Notes: generated from the sequence alone by a model not told the origin. A stretch of 64,000 bases of DNA from an uncultured Lachnospiraceae bacterium (GCA_910588215.1 CAJUQJ010000012.1:14-64013), one strand, 5' to 3'; positions 42,699 through 52,217 are shown, counted from the first letter of the stretch. Numbers and translations: made by a program.

Positions 42699-42827
42699 AA
42701 TATATTCCTCCTTGAATGATAGGTGGCTTCCCTGCCACTTATTAGCTTCGCTGCAATGAGTCTTCCGGATCGTACGCTTCCATCTTCCCCATCACACCGC
42801 CTTAAGTAAATTTATTACTTATAGTAT

Positions 42828-42854
42828 ATATCGGCCTCTTCTGCTTTTACTTTA
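42828..42854 (-). promoter_or_regulatory. Sigma-28 promoter
   Basis: TAAA-N15-GCCGATAT. Confidence 0.9.
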
Positions 42855-42881
42855 GCCTATATATTTCCAAAATAGGATCGA

Positions 42882-44066
42882 TCACTCCTGAATTTCTTCA
42901 CCACCTGCCCAGGCAAGCAGTTTCTTAATCTTCTTCGTGTAGGTATAGTACTGCATTACCTTCGCATGTCCGTTCCGTGCGATCGTTTCCCGTTCTCTGT
43001 CATGCTGCAGGTAATAATCCACTTTGTCCAGCAGTTCCTCCGGCGTCCTGAACATAACGATCTCTTTGTCTTCCTCAAACAAATCTGCAGTCTCGGCGCA
43101 ATAATTTGTCAAGGCGAAACCGCCGGCTCCCAGAATATCCATAATACGCTGAGGGGTTCCCCCTTCTATCCCTTTCAGGGAAATATTCAAATTGATCTTA
43201 CTGGTCTGGAACACATGATGCAGATCCTGCTCCGAGCAGATCGGGGGCATGATCTTAACATTGTCCAGTCTATGCTCTGCCGTTTTACTCGTAGTATACA
43301 ATGTTACAGAATATTTCTCCGCCAGCAGATTCAGGACACAGATCCTCTCAATATTCGCAATTTTACGCGTTACATATCCGTTCTCAAAATAGACCGAGTC
43401 CGGGATATCGAAGAAATTCACCATCTGAAATCCCGGTGTCACTGCACGGATATACGCTACCAGTTCATTACTTACAGTCCCACTGATGCGGTTGACGCCG
43501 TCCCAGCGAAATGCCGCATTTTCAAACAGTCCGACAAAATAATCCTGTAAGTTTTGTGGAAGATTGTTGCAAAACTCATCATAGAAATTATTATCATATA
43601 GGCTTGCCACAAAACAGATCTCTTCCCGGTATTCACGAAACGCTCCTGCCTGACGATCCCATTCCCGTATCTGGTCGTCATCCACAGCCAACGGCTGATA
43701 CAGAACATGAGGAATCTTCGCATCGACAAAAGACTGTGCCTCGATCCGATCAAACACAGAATACCAACAATGATCCATCCTTCCATACGCCGTGAAAACC
43801 TTATGGTACGGGGCATCCCAGATAAGCGCTATATAGTTTATTCCGGCCTTCTGTACCACAGCCGCCAGCGTATCGATCAAATGAATAGACATGAGATGTG
43901 TGATTCCGTTCTGCCTGCTGTAGGTCGCCAGTTTATCGGCTTCCAGCTCATTCGTAAAAGTATCCAATATTCTTACCGGATATACCTCATGCTCTATCTT
44001 TAACCTGCGGAGGGCATTGATGATACCCTCTATCTTACTGCTCCCATGCACATACAATATTTTCAT
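42882..44066 (-). CDS. CgeB-family glycosyltransferase (WDAPY subfamily)
   Basis: THLMSIH, WDAPY, KINLNISLKGIEGGTPQR. Confidence 0.85.
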   Translation of the reverse strand: MKILYVHGSSKIEGIINALRRLKIEHEVYPVRILDTFTNELEADKLATYSRQNGITHLMSIHLIDTLAAVVQKAGINYIALIWDAPYHKVFTAYGRMDHCWYSVFDRIEAQSFVDAKIPHVLYQPLAVDDDQIREWDRQAGAFREYREEICFVASLYDNNFYDEFCNNLPQNLQDYFVGLFENAAFRWDGVNRISGTVSNELVAYIRAVTPGFQMVNFFDIPDSVYFENGYVTRKIANIERICVLNLLAEKYSVTLYTTSKTAEHRLDNVKIMPPICSEQDLHHVFQTSKINLNISLKGIEGGTPQRIMDILGAGGFALTNYCAETADLFEEDKEIVMFRTPEELLDKVDYYLQHDRERETIARNGHAKVMQYYTYTKKIKKLLAWAGGEEIQE

Positions 44067-45259
44067 GAATCACCTTCCACCCAGGACAATAACTTCTCCA
44101 GTTTCTTTTCATAAGTATAACAATCCAGCACTTTATCATGTCCTGCCCGGGCGATCTGCTCCCGCTCTTTGTCATGCTGTAAATAATACTCTACTTTCTC
44201 AAGCAGTTCCTCCGGGGTTTTAAACATCACGATCTCTTTATTCTCTTCAAAAAGTTCTGCAGTCTCCTCACAATAATTTGTCATGACAAAACCGCCCGCT
44301 CCCATGACATCCATCACTCTCTGCGGCGTACCGCCTTCAATCCCTTTCAGAGACAGGTTCAGATTGATCTTACTGCCGGCATAGACCACTGCCGCATCCT
44401 TTCCCGGCTTTACCGGCAGCCTGACTTCCACATTACCCAACTGCCCTTCTTCAACCTTGCTCACGGTATGTAGTACCACATGGTAAGTCTCCGCCAATGT
44501 ACTTAATACTGCCACTCTCTCAATATTCGCGATCTTTCTTACCAGATAACTGATTTCAAACAAGGAAGTATCATCTATATCAAGCCTGTTGTCCACATGG
44601 AACTCCGGATTGATCATTTCCATATAGCGCAAAATATCCCTGCCTGTCTTACCATAAACTCTGTTGACCCCGTCCCAGCGAAATGCCGCCTCCTCAAAAA
44701 TACTGTTAAAATAATCTACAATAACAGACGGCATATTCTTTACGCGCTCGTCAAACAAATTGTCCTCATATAAGCTGCCTACAAAGCAAATATCATTAAT
44801 GTATGTTCCTGCCAGCACCTTCCTGGCATTCCTGCTCCATGCGAGCACATCACTTTTATTGACAGCCAGCGGCTGATACAGTGTATGTGGTATTCCGGCA
44901 CTCCGAAACCTTTCCTGATCCAATCTGTCAAACACCGAGAAATAAGAACTGGTCAATCTGCCGAATGGAGAAAAAATCTTGATATAAGGTGCGTCCCAGA
45001 TCACAGAAACATATTTGATCTCGGCCTTATAGGCAGCCAGGGCAAGATTATAGATCAGATGAATAGACATTAAATGTGTAATCCTGTGCCTTTTGACGTA
45101 GGCAACGACCGCTTCTGTCTCCTCATCATTCAGAATAGAATTCTCTTGCACTTTAGGGTATTCTTCTACTTTATACCCCATTTTCCGTAATGTTATCGGT
45201 ATATCCTTCGTCTCAGCCATTCCATATACATATAAGATCCTCATTGGCACTGTCCCCAT
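44063..45259 (-). CDS. CgeB-family glycosyltransferase (WDAPY subfamily)
   Basis: THLMSIH, WDAPY, KINLNLSLKGIEGGTPQR. Confidence 0.85.
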   Translation of the reverse strand: MGTVPMRILYVYGMAETKDIPITLRKMGYKVEEYPKVQENSILNDEETEAVVAYVKRHRITHLMSIHLIYNLALAAYKAEIKYVSVIWDAPYIKIFSPFGRLTSSYFSVFDRLDQERFRSAGIPHTLYQPLAVNKSDVLAWSRNARKVLAGTYINDICFVGSLYEDNLFDERVKNMPSVIVDYFNSIFEEAAFRWDGVNRVYGKTGRDILRYMEMINPEFHVDNRLDIDDTSLFEISYLVRKIANIERVAVLSTLAETYHVVLHTVSKVEEGQLGNVEVRLPVKPGKDAAVVYAGSKINLNLSLKGIEGGTPQRVMDVMGAGGFVMTNYCEETAELFEENKEIVMFKTPEELLEKVEYYLQHDKEREQIARAGHDKVLDCYTYEKKLEKLLSWVEGDS

Positions 45260-45279
45260 TTCTAACTTATTCCTGATTC

Positions 45280-46098
45280 TTATAATTCAATCTCCCGACT
45301 AAGCAGCTCACTGATCTCATCGAATATGCCTGTCTCCCCGGCTACATCCAGAATTTCATTCTGCACATCATTTATGATGCCTGCCTCCGTCATCTCCCGT
45401 CGATACAGGGAGACCAGATAGCATCTTACGATCAAATACCACGTCGTATTCGTCGAAACACTGCCTGACGACTTATGGACTTCGACCAGTACCTGATCAA
45501 CAAATCCAATCTTCCATTTCCCCGCTATGCGCAGGATCCATTCCCAATCTTCCAGGCACTGTATCGTTTCTTTAAATCCTCCTACCTGATCCAGACAGTC
45601 TCTGCGAACGATCACTGCCGGGGTTCCGATCACATTCTGCCGTAATAAAAACCGAAACATTTCTCCTTCCAACAATTCTCTCGAAAAATGCTGCGCAGGG
45701 CACGCAAATCTTTCTTTCCCATCCCTCGTCAAGCCGCCCATCCGGCAATATACCATTCCGATATCTTCTGAACAATTCCGAAACAATCTCATCTGCAGTT
45801 CCAATTTATCCGGCAGCCATTCATCATCGCTGTCCAGAAAAGCAATGTAGTCATATCTGGCTTCTCGAATTCCTATATTCCTGGCATGTGCAACGCCCTG
45901 GTTTTCCTTCAAAGCTATATACCGAATCCTCGCATCCTGAATGCCGGCTATCACTGATTCGGTCTCATCGGTAGAACCATCATCCACAACAACTACTTCA
46001 TAGGAGTCGTATGTCTGCCGTAAGACACTGTCGATCGCCCTCTTTATCACATTTGCCCGATTATAGGTAGGAATGATAATACTGACCATTGTTTCCAT
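45280..46098 (-). CDS. GT2 glycosyltransferase
   Basis: VSIIIPTYNR, VVDDGSTD, AFLDSDDEW, EDWEW. Confidence 0.9.
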   Translation of the reverse strand: METMVSIIIPTYNRANVIKRAIDSVLRQTYDSYEVVVVDDGSTDETESVIAGIQDARIRYIALKENQGVAHARNIGIREARYDYIAFLDSDDEWLPDKLELQMRLFRNCSEDIGMVYCRMGGLTRDGKERFACPAQHFSRELLEGEMFRFLLRQNVIGTPAVIVRRDCLDQVGGFKETIQCLEDWEWILRIAGKWKIGFVDQVLVEVHKSSGSVSTNTTWYLIVRCYLVSLYRREMTEAGIINDVQNEILDVAGETGIFDEISELLSREIEL

Positions 46099-46233
46099 TA
46101 CATTTTCCTTTCCGCTCTGCTGCACAGCCTTACTTTTATCCGGCAGAACAAAACTGTATGAGTTCATTCGATACAAAGCAATTCCCTATATCATGAAAAA
46201 GAATTCTGCCTGCAGAAGTTTCTTATATCATAA

Positions 46234-46263
46234 AATATGGGTTGGCGTATGCCAACCCATATT
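46234..46263 (-). terminator. Terminator-like hairpin after flagellin 46298
   Basis: AATATGGGTTGGC-GTAT-GCCAACCCATATT. Confidence 0.65.
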
Positions 46264-46297
46264 GAGTACTTTCACAATAATACCAAATCTACCAGTA

Positions 46298-47326
46298 TTA
46301 GCCAAGTAAGGACAGTGCCAACTGGTTAGACTGATTAGCCTGTGACAGCATAGATGTACCTGCCTGCTGCAGAATATTGTTATTCGCATATCTAACCATC
46401 TCGGTTGCGATATCTGTATCGCGAATCTGAGCTTCTGCGGAAGTGGTATTCTCTACAATGTTATCCAGGTTGCTGATCGTGTGCTCCAGTCTGTTCTGGA
46501 TTGCACCGAGATCGGAACGCTGCTGAGATACATCCTTGATCGCGCTCTTCGCAAATGCATTCAATGCTGCGAAGTCAGCTGCTGTAGGAGCGTCAGACTT
46601 ACTGATACCAGCTGTTGCTGCAACAACATTACCGGTTGCTTTAGCCTGAACATCTGTATCAACTACTTTGGCGCTGTCAAATGTATAGAACTTCGCTAAC
46701 ATATCAGATTTCAGTGTGTTTGTATCTCCATCAGCATACTTCCCACCACCAATATTTGCATCCGTACTATTAGCGTCCACATTAGCTGTTCCAAATGTTG
46801 TACCCTTAGCAAGTGCATTTGCAATCAGTTCGTTGGTATTCATATTCTTGATCGTGATACCGATATGCTGACCGGATTCTGCGCCAACCTGAAGACCCTT
46901 ATTGGAGAAAGAACCATCCAGAAGACTCTGCTCATTGAATGTGGTCGTGCTCTGTACACGGTCGATCTCGCTCATCAGCTGCTTAACCTCAGCCTGGATA
47001 TAGCTGCGGTCTGCAGATGTCAGGGTACCGTTCTCTCCCTTAACAGCCAGCTCGTTCATTCTCTGAAGCATATCCTGTACTTCATTCAATGCACCTTCTG
47101 CTGTCTGTACGCAGGAGATACCGTCCTGAGCGTTTGCAGATGCCTGTGTAAGTCCTCTAATCTGTCTTCTCATCTTCTCGGAAATGGACAAGCCTGCTGC
47201 ATCATCTGCTGCACGGTTGATCTTGTAACCGGATGATAACTTCTCTGTAGACTTAGCCTGTGCCTTTGTTGTAAGGCCCAGCATTCTGTTAGAGTTCATT
47301 GCTGTAATGTTGTGTTGTACTACCAT
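46298..47326 (-). CDS. fliC: Flagellin (copy 2)
   Basis: Conserved flagellin N- and C-terminal domains. Confidence 0.97.
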   Translation of the reverse strand: MVVQHNITAMNSNRMLGLTTKAQAKSTEKLSSGYKINRAADDAAGLSISEKMRRQIRGLTQASANAQDGISCVQTAEGALNEVQDMLQRMNELAVKGENGTLTSADRSYIQAEVKQLMSEIDRVQSTTTFNEQSLLDGSFSNKGLQVGAESGQHIGITIKNMNTNELIANALAKGTTFGTANVDANSTDANIGGGKYADGDTNTLKSDMLAKFYTFDSAKVVDTDVQAKATGNVVAATAGISKSDAPTAADFAALNAFAKSAIKDVSQQRSDLGAIQNRLEHTISNLDNIVENTTSAEAQIRDTDIATEMVRYANNNILQQAGTSMLSQANQSNQLALSLLG

Positions 47327-47489
47327 AGTATATTCCTCCTTGAATTTGATGTGGCTTCCCTGCCACTTATTCTCTTATCTGTAATGAAATCCTGGCTCGT
47401 ACGCAGCCCTGGTCTCATTACAGTTCTATCAGTAAAATTGCAACTGTACTGTGATGATCTCAGAAGACAGTCCCCTTTACTTATTATAT

Positions 47490-47516
47490 ATATCGGATTG
47501 CACGCCGTTAAGTTTA
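47490..47516 (-). promoter_or_regulatory. Sigma-28 promoter
   Basis: TAAA-N15-TCCGATAT. Confidence 0.85.
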
Positions 47517-47542
47517 GAGATCTGATTCAAGATTTTTGAAAT

Positions 47543-48760
47543 TCATCCAATCGTTCCTGCCATCCAGTCAAGTAGTTCCCTCATCTTCTTCTCATATGTA
47601 TAACATCGCATCACTTTCTTCTGCCCGGCTTCCGCAATCTGACGTCTCTCTCTGTCATGTGTCAGATAATAGTCTACTTTCTCCATCAGTTCTTCCGGAT
47701 TCCTGAACATCACGATCTCCCGATCCTCTTCAAACAACTCTGCCGTTTCCGCACAGTATGAAGTCAGCACGAATCCACCGGCCGCCATAATATCCATGAT
47801 TCGCAGCGGAGTTCCTCCCTCTATCCCTTTTAATGTAATATTGAGATTTATCTTACTTCCCGCATAGACCAAAGCCGTTGCTTTACCATAAAGAACCGCC
47901 GGGCCCAGTTCTACATTCAACAGCTTTGTCCTGGCTGCTTCACTGGTTGTATACAGTTTGACCGAATACTTCTCTGCCAGAAGATTTAATACCGCGATCC
48001 TTTCTATATTAGCGAGCTTTCTGATCAAATAGTATATCTCAAATACCCTGACATCCTCAATGTCCTGTTTATTCGGCACGCAAAACTCCGGATTTACCAA
48101 CTTAATATACTGCAAGATCTCTGCACCGGTCTTGCCATATACCCGGTTGATGCCGTCCCACTGAAAGGCAGCTTCCTCAAAAATACTGTTGAAATACGGC
48201 TCCAGAACTGCCGGGATCAATTCTTGGTTCTTATCATATAAATTTTCATCATATAAGCTGCCCACCATGGTTATATCATGAATATAATTCCCCTTCAATG
48301 TTTTCTGTATCTCTCTATTCCATTCCGTTACTTCCTTCGCATTTACCGAAAGAGGCTGATAAAGTACATGCTGTATTCCGGCTGCAAGCAGCCTGTCTCT
48401 GTCCAATCTGTCAAATGTAGACACCCAGACATTCCCCATTCTTCCCAAAGGATTGTAAATCTCCGTATAGGGAGCATCCCATAGGACAGAAATATACGGA
48501 ATCCCTATCTGCCATGCCGCCAGTTCCGCACACATGATAAAATGAATCGACACCAGCAATTCTACTTCATGGGCACAGATATAGTCTTTCAATTCCTGCA
48601 CGACCGTCTCATGCAGTACAGTTACGATCATTGGCTCTTCAGAATAGGTCTGCACATCGTGCCCCATATCTCTCAATGCCTGTACAATATCTACTCCCGC
48701 TTTTTCCGTTTGAAACCCATCAATATACAAAATCTTCATAATATCCACTGTCCTACTCAT
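47543..48760 (-). CDS. CgeB-family glycosyltransferase (WDAPY subfamily); alternative start 48739
   Basis: LVSIH, WDAPY, AAFQWDGINR, KINLNITLKGIEGGTPLR. Confidence 0.85.
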   Translation of the reverse strand: MSRTVDIMKILYIDGFQTEKAGVDIVQALRDMGHDVQTYSEEPMIVTVLHETVVQELKDYICAHEVELLVSIHFIMCAELAAWQIGIPYISVLWDAPYTEIYNPLGRMGNVWVSTFDRLDRDRLLAAGIQHVLYQPLSVNAKEVTEWNREIQKTLKGNYIHDITMVGSLYDENLYDKNQELIPAVLEPYFNSIFEEAAFQWDGINRVYGKTGAEILQYIKLVNPEFCVPNKQDIEDVRVFEIYYLIRKLANIERIAVLNLLAEKYSVKLYTTSEAARTKLLNVELGPAVLYGKATALVYAGSKINLNITLKGIEGGTPLRIMDIMAAGGFVLTSYCAETAELFEEDREIVMFRNPEELMEKVDYYLTHDRERRQIAEAGQKKVMRCYTYEKKMRELLDWMAGTIG

Positions 48761-48762
48761 TG

Positions 48763-48794
48763 AAAAACAACGGCTGACATATGCCAGCCGTTGT
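48763..48794 (-). terminator. Terminator-like hairpin after flagellin 48833
   Basis: ACAACGGCTG-N-CAGCCGTTGT followed by a T run on the minus strand. Confidence 0.65.
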
Positions 48795-48832
48795 CATATT
48801 CTGCTATAACGTAATAAATGTAATTCTCAGTA

Positions 48833-49867
48833 TTAACCAAGTAAGGACAGTGCCAGCTGGTTAGACTGATTAGCCTGTGACAGCATAGAGGTACCTGCCT
48901 GCTGCAGAATGTTGTTGTTCGCATATCTAACCATCTCGGTTGCGATATCTGTATCACGAATCTGAGCTTCTGCAGAAGTAGTATTCTCTACGATGTTATC
49001 CAGGTTGCTGATCGTGTGCTCCAGTCTGTTCTGGATCGCACCAAGATCGGAACGCTGCTGAGATACATCCTTGATCGCGCTCTTCGCAAACGCATTCAAT
49101 GCTGCAAAGTCTGCTGCTGTAGGTGCATCGGTCAAAGCGCTAGCCATTTCCTGCTGCTGGTTATCCATCGTACCCATCTTGCCTTTAATGTCTGTATCAA
49201 CAATACTATCTGAATCAAAATCATAAAACTTAGACAACAGCTTAGAAGCAAATGTCTTCTTTCCGTCTACAAGATTTCCATCGTAGTTATCCGCGTCTGT
49301 GCTCGTCGCATCTTTCTCATAATTAGATACGCCAAAGGTCGTTCCCTTTGCAACCGCATTCGCGATCAACTCGTTGGTGTTCATGTTCTTGATCGTAATG
49401 CCGATATGCTGACCGGATTCTGCGCCAACCTGAAGACCCTTGTTGGAGAAAGAACCATCTAACAGACTCTGCTCATTGAAGGTGGTTGTGCTCTGTACAC
49501 GATCGATCTCGCTCATCAGCTGCTTAACCTCAGCCTGGATATAGCTGCGGTCTGCAGATGTCAGGGTACCGTTCTCTCCCTTAACAGCCAGCTCGTTCAT
49601 TCTCTGAAGCATATCCTGTACTTCATTCAATGCACCTTCTGCTGTCTGTACACAGGAGATACCGTCCTGAGCATTGGCAGATGCCTGCGTAAGTCCTCTG
49701 ATCTGTCTTCTCATCTTCTCGGAAATGGACAAGCCTGCTGCATCATCTGCTGCACGGTTGATCTTATAACCGGATGATAACTTCTCTGTGGACTTAGCCT
49801 GTGCCTTGGTTGTAAGACCAAGCATTCTGTTAGAGTTCATTGCTGTAATGTTGTGCTGTACTACCAT
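48833..49867 (-). CDS. fliC: Flagellin (copy 3)
   Basis: Conserved flagellin domains; start MVVQHN at 49867 after AAGGAGG. Confidence 0.97.
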   Translation of the reverse strand: MVVQHNITAMNSNRMLGLTTKAQAKSTEKLSSGYKINRAADDAAGLSISEKMRRQIRGLTQASANAQDGISCVQTAEGALNEVQDMLQRMNELAVKGENGTLTSADRSYIQAEVKQLMSEIDRVQSTTTFNEQSLLDGSFSNKGLQVGAESGQHIGITIKNMNTNELIANAVAKGTTFGVSNYEKDATSTDADNYDGNLVDGKKTFASKLLSKFYDFDSDSIVDTDIKGKMGTMDNQQQEMASALTDAPTAADFAALNAFAKSAIKDVSQQRSDLGAIQNRLEHTISNLDNIVENTTSAEAQIRDTDIATEMVRYANNNILQQAGTSMLSQANQSNQLALSLLG

Positions 49868-50000
49868 AGTATATTCCTCCTTGAATTTGATGTGGCTTCC
49901 CTGCCACTTGTCTGCTTCCTGTAATAAGTCCCCGGCTCGTACGCTGCCTTCCAACTATCTACAGTCATGTAAGCAATTACACTTGCTTTACCTGTAATAT

Positions 50001-50027
50001 ATATCGGGTAGTTTTCAGTTTACTTTA
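50001..50027 (-). promoter_or_regulatory. Sigma-28 promoter
   Basis: TAAA-N15-CCCGATAT. Confidence 0.85.
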
Positions 50028-50078
50028 GATATTTTTCCGATTTTGGAGCATATCTTCTTAATCAGAATATTTTTCCAA

Positions 50079-50174
50079 TCAAATACCCCGCTGCAAGCAA
50101 CGGGGTATTTGACCCTCGCGACAGTCGCCAAATGTCTGCATGCAGCCACTCGGCTCGTTACTCGCGGGAATAAA
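50079..50174. repeat. Palindromic non-coding element (REP-like or IS200/IS605-end-like)
   Basis: TCAAATACCCCG-N10-CGGGGTATTTGA hairpin, then CGCG...CGCG stem; 3' part resembles 19545-19590. Confidence 0.55.
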
Positions 50175-50216
50175 TAATAAACTATTAACTTACCAATATC
50201 CTTAAGATATCTACGA

Positions 50217-51269
50217 TTAGCCAAGCAGAGATAATGCCAGCTGGTTGCTCTGGTTAGCCTGTGACAACATAGATGTACCTGCCTGCTGCAGAATGTTGTT
50301 GTTCGCATATCTAACCATCTCTGTTGCGATGTCCGTATCACGAATCTGTGCTTCTGCAGATGTGGTGTTCTCTACGATGTTGTCCAGGTTGCTGATCGTA
50401 TGCTCCAATCTGTTCTGGATCGCACCGAGATCGGAACGCTGCTGAGATACGTCTTTGATCGCATGTTTAGCAAAAGCATTCAGCGCTGCGAAATCTGCCG
50501 CTGTAGGCGCAGTACTCGTATCACCGTCGGCAGCAGGCGTCTGCTGCCACTTAGTACCTGTAAGCTTAGCTGCAACTGCTGTATCCACAACCTTAGTGGT
50601 ATCTGTCTCTACCTCGTAGAATTTAGCCAGCATACCTGCTGTAAGAGTTGCCTTGCCGTCAGCATCTAAATTAGCAGCAGCGTAATGATTCTTATCCGTG
50701 CCTGTCGCAGCAGTTGCTTCTGTATTCGATACACCAAACTTCACTTCATCTGCAACCGCATTCGCGATCAACTCGTTGGTGTTCATGTTCTTGATCGTGA
50801 TGCCGATATGCTGACCGGATTCTGCGCCAACCTGAAGACCCTTGTTGGAGAAGGAACCATCCAGAAGGCTCTGCTCATTGAAGGTGGTTGTGCTCTGTAC
50901 ACGGTCGATCTCGCTCATCAGCTGCTTAACCTCAGCCTGGATATAGCTGCGGTCTGCAGATGTCAGGGTACCGTTCTCTCCCTTAACAGCCAGCTCGTTC
51001 ATTCTCTGAAGCATATCCTGTACTTCATTCAATGCACCTTCTGCTGTCTGTACGCAGGAGATACCGTCCTGAGCGTTTGCAGATGCCTGTGTAAGTCCTC
51101 TAATCTGTCTTCTCATCTTCTCGGAAATGGATAAGCCTGCTGCATCATCTGCTGCACGGTTGATCTTGTAACCGGAAGATAACTTCTCTGTGGACTTAGC
51201 CTGCGCCTTTGTTGTCAGGCCGAGCATTCTGTTAGAGTTCATTGCTGTAATATTGTGTTGTACTACCAT
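50217..51269 (-). CDS. fliC: Flagellin (copy 4)
   Basis: Conserved flagellin domains. Confidence 0.97.
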   Translation of the reverse strand: MVVQHNITAMNSNRMLGLTTKAQAKSTEKLSSGYKINRAADDAAGLSISEKMRRQIRGLTQASANAQDGISCVQTAEGALNEVQDMLQRMNELAVKGENGTLTSADRSYIQAEVKQLMSEIDRVQSTTTFNEQSLLDGSFSNKGLQVGAESGQHIGITIKNMNTNELIANAVADEVKFGVSNTEATAATGTDKNHYAAANLDADGKATLTAGMLAKFYEVETDTTKVVDTAVAAKLTGTKWQQTPAADGDTSTAPTAADFAALNAFAKHAIKDVSQQRSDLGAIQNRLEHTISNLDNIVENTTSAEAQIRDTDIATEMVRYANNNILQQAGTSMLSQANQSNQLALSLLG

Positions 51270-51404
51270 AATATATTCCTCCTTGAATTTAATGTGGCTT
51301 CCCTGCCACTTATTTGCCTGTTTGTAATGAATCCACTGACTCGTACGCAGCCACTGAATCCATTACCTTGCGTAAGTAAAATTGTATTTCCTTACCTGTA
51401 ATAT

Positions 51405-51431
51405 ATATCGGGTGATCCCTGATATTGTTTA
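51405..51431 (-). promoter_or_regulatory. Sigma-28 promoter
   Basis: TAAA-N15-CCCGATAT. Confidence 0.85.
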
Positions 51432-51456
51432 GGGTATTTTCTTAATTTTTCGGAAC

Positions 51457-51665
51457 AACTTTCTACCTGTGCGGTTGCAATCCAACAATTTGTCTGTATG
51501 CCATTTATGGCAATACAGACAGGCTGTTGGATTAGCAACCCACTTCCAAATGAGTAAAACGCGGATGCGAAAGCAGACGCAAGAGTGCTTAAGCACGGGT
51601 TTTACGAATACAGAAGTCAGGTTGGATGCTCTTTGAAGCATCCAACCGCACAGGTGGACAACTTC
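51457..51665. repeat. ~205-bp structured MITE/REP-like element copy B
   Basis: ACCTGTGCGGTT...AACCGCACAGGT terminal inverted repeat; collinear with 25605-25813. Confidence 0.85.
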
Positions 51666-51734
51666 CCATACCATAAAAGCACCGTACACTCATCACAAAG
51701 TGCACGGCGCTCACAAAATCAAATTCCACGCTCA

Positions 51735-52217
51735 CTATTTCTTACTGTCGTAAAACTGCGGGGAAACGTAATTCAAGTTATTCATATTCTTATAATAATT
51801 CCTGGCCGCCTTATTCTGCGATGCGCCGGTGCCAATAGACGCCCTCTTCTTATTAAACTGGTTCTCCGCCAGTACTTTATTACGCATATTGCCCGCGTTG
51901 ATCGTCACGACCTTATCGGTGATCTGCTGAATCAGTTCTTTCATACGTGCTATCTCCGCATGATAGCGCGCCTTATCCTGCAGAAGTTCACCCCGCACCC
52001 TCTCATAGACTGCCTCAAACCCCCGATCCAGCAAATCCAGCTGTTCCACATAATCCCCTTGCTGCTCAATAGCCTCATTGAAGGCATCCATATCAAGATC
52101 ATCCTGCTTCAGGATCGTCTCCTGAACGCTGTTTTGCTGAATAATCAGATCAAGCAGCCGGTTCTTCTTCTCCAGGCTTTGTAATAATATCTGTGCGCCG
52201 CTTTGATTCATTGTCAA
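51735..52217 (-). CDS. FlgN/FliT-like flagellar export chaperone
   Basis: Helical 160-aa protein directly after fliS; LLQSLEKK...LDRGFEAVYERV...FYDSKK. Confidence 0.7.
   Translation of the reverse strand: MTMNQSGAQILLQSLEKKNRLLDLIIQQNSVQETILKQDDLDMDAFNEAIEQQGDYVEQLDLLDRGFEAVYERVRGELLQDKARYHAEIARMKELIQQITDKVVTINAGNMRNKVLAENQFNKKRASIGTGASQNKAARNYYKNMNNLNYVSPQFYDSKK

Noticed and set aside
27645..48760. Phase variation of GT genes by homopolymer tracts or DNA inversion
   Set aside because: No long G/C tracts or microsatellites noticed by eye, no invertase, and no inverted repeats around the flagellin promoters.
49868..49954. N-terminal extension of flagellin 3 in the ORF track (likewise fusA, rpoB, rplK, XRE)
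   Set aside because: RBS position and homology support the downstream starts; the extension runs through the RNA leader.
41573..50341. Similar short ORFs 41573-41758, 48757-48957, 50015-50341 (W-L-D-M-R...FCSRQV)
   Set aside because: Alternate-frame readings of the near-identical flagellin 3' ends.
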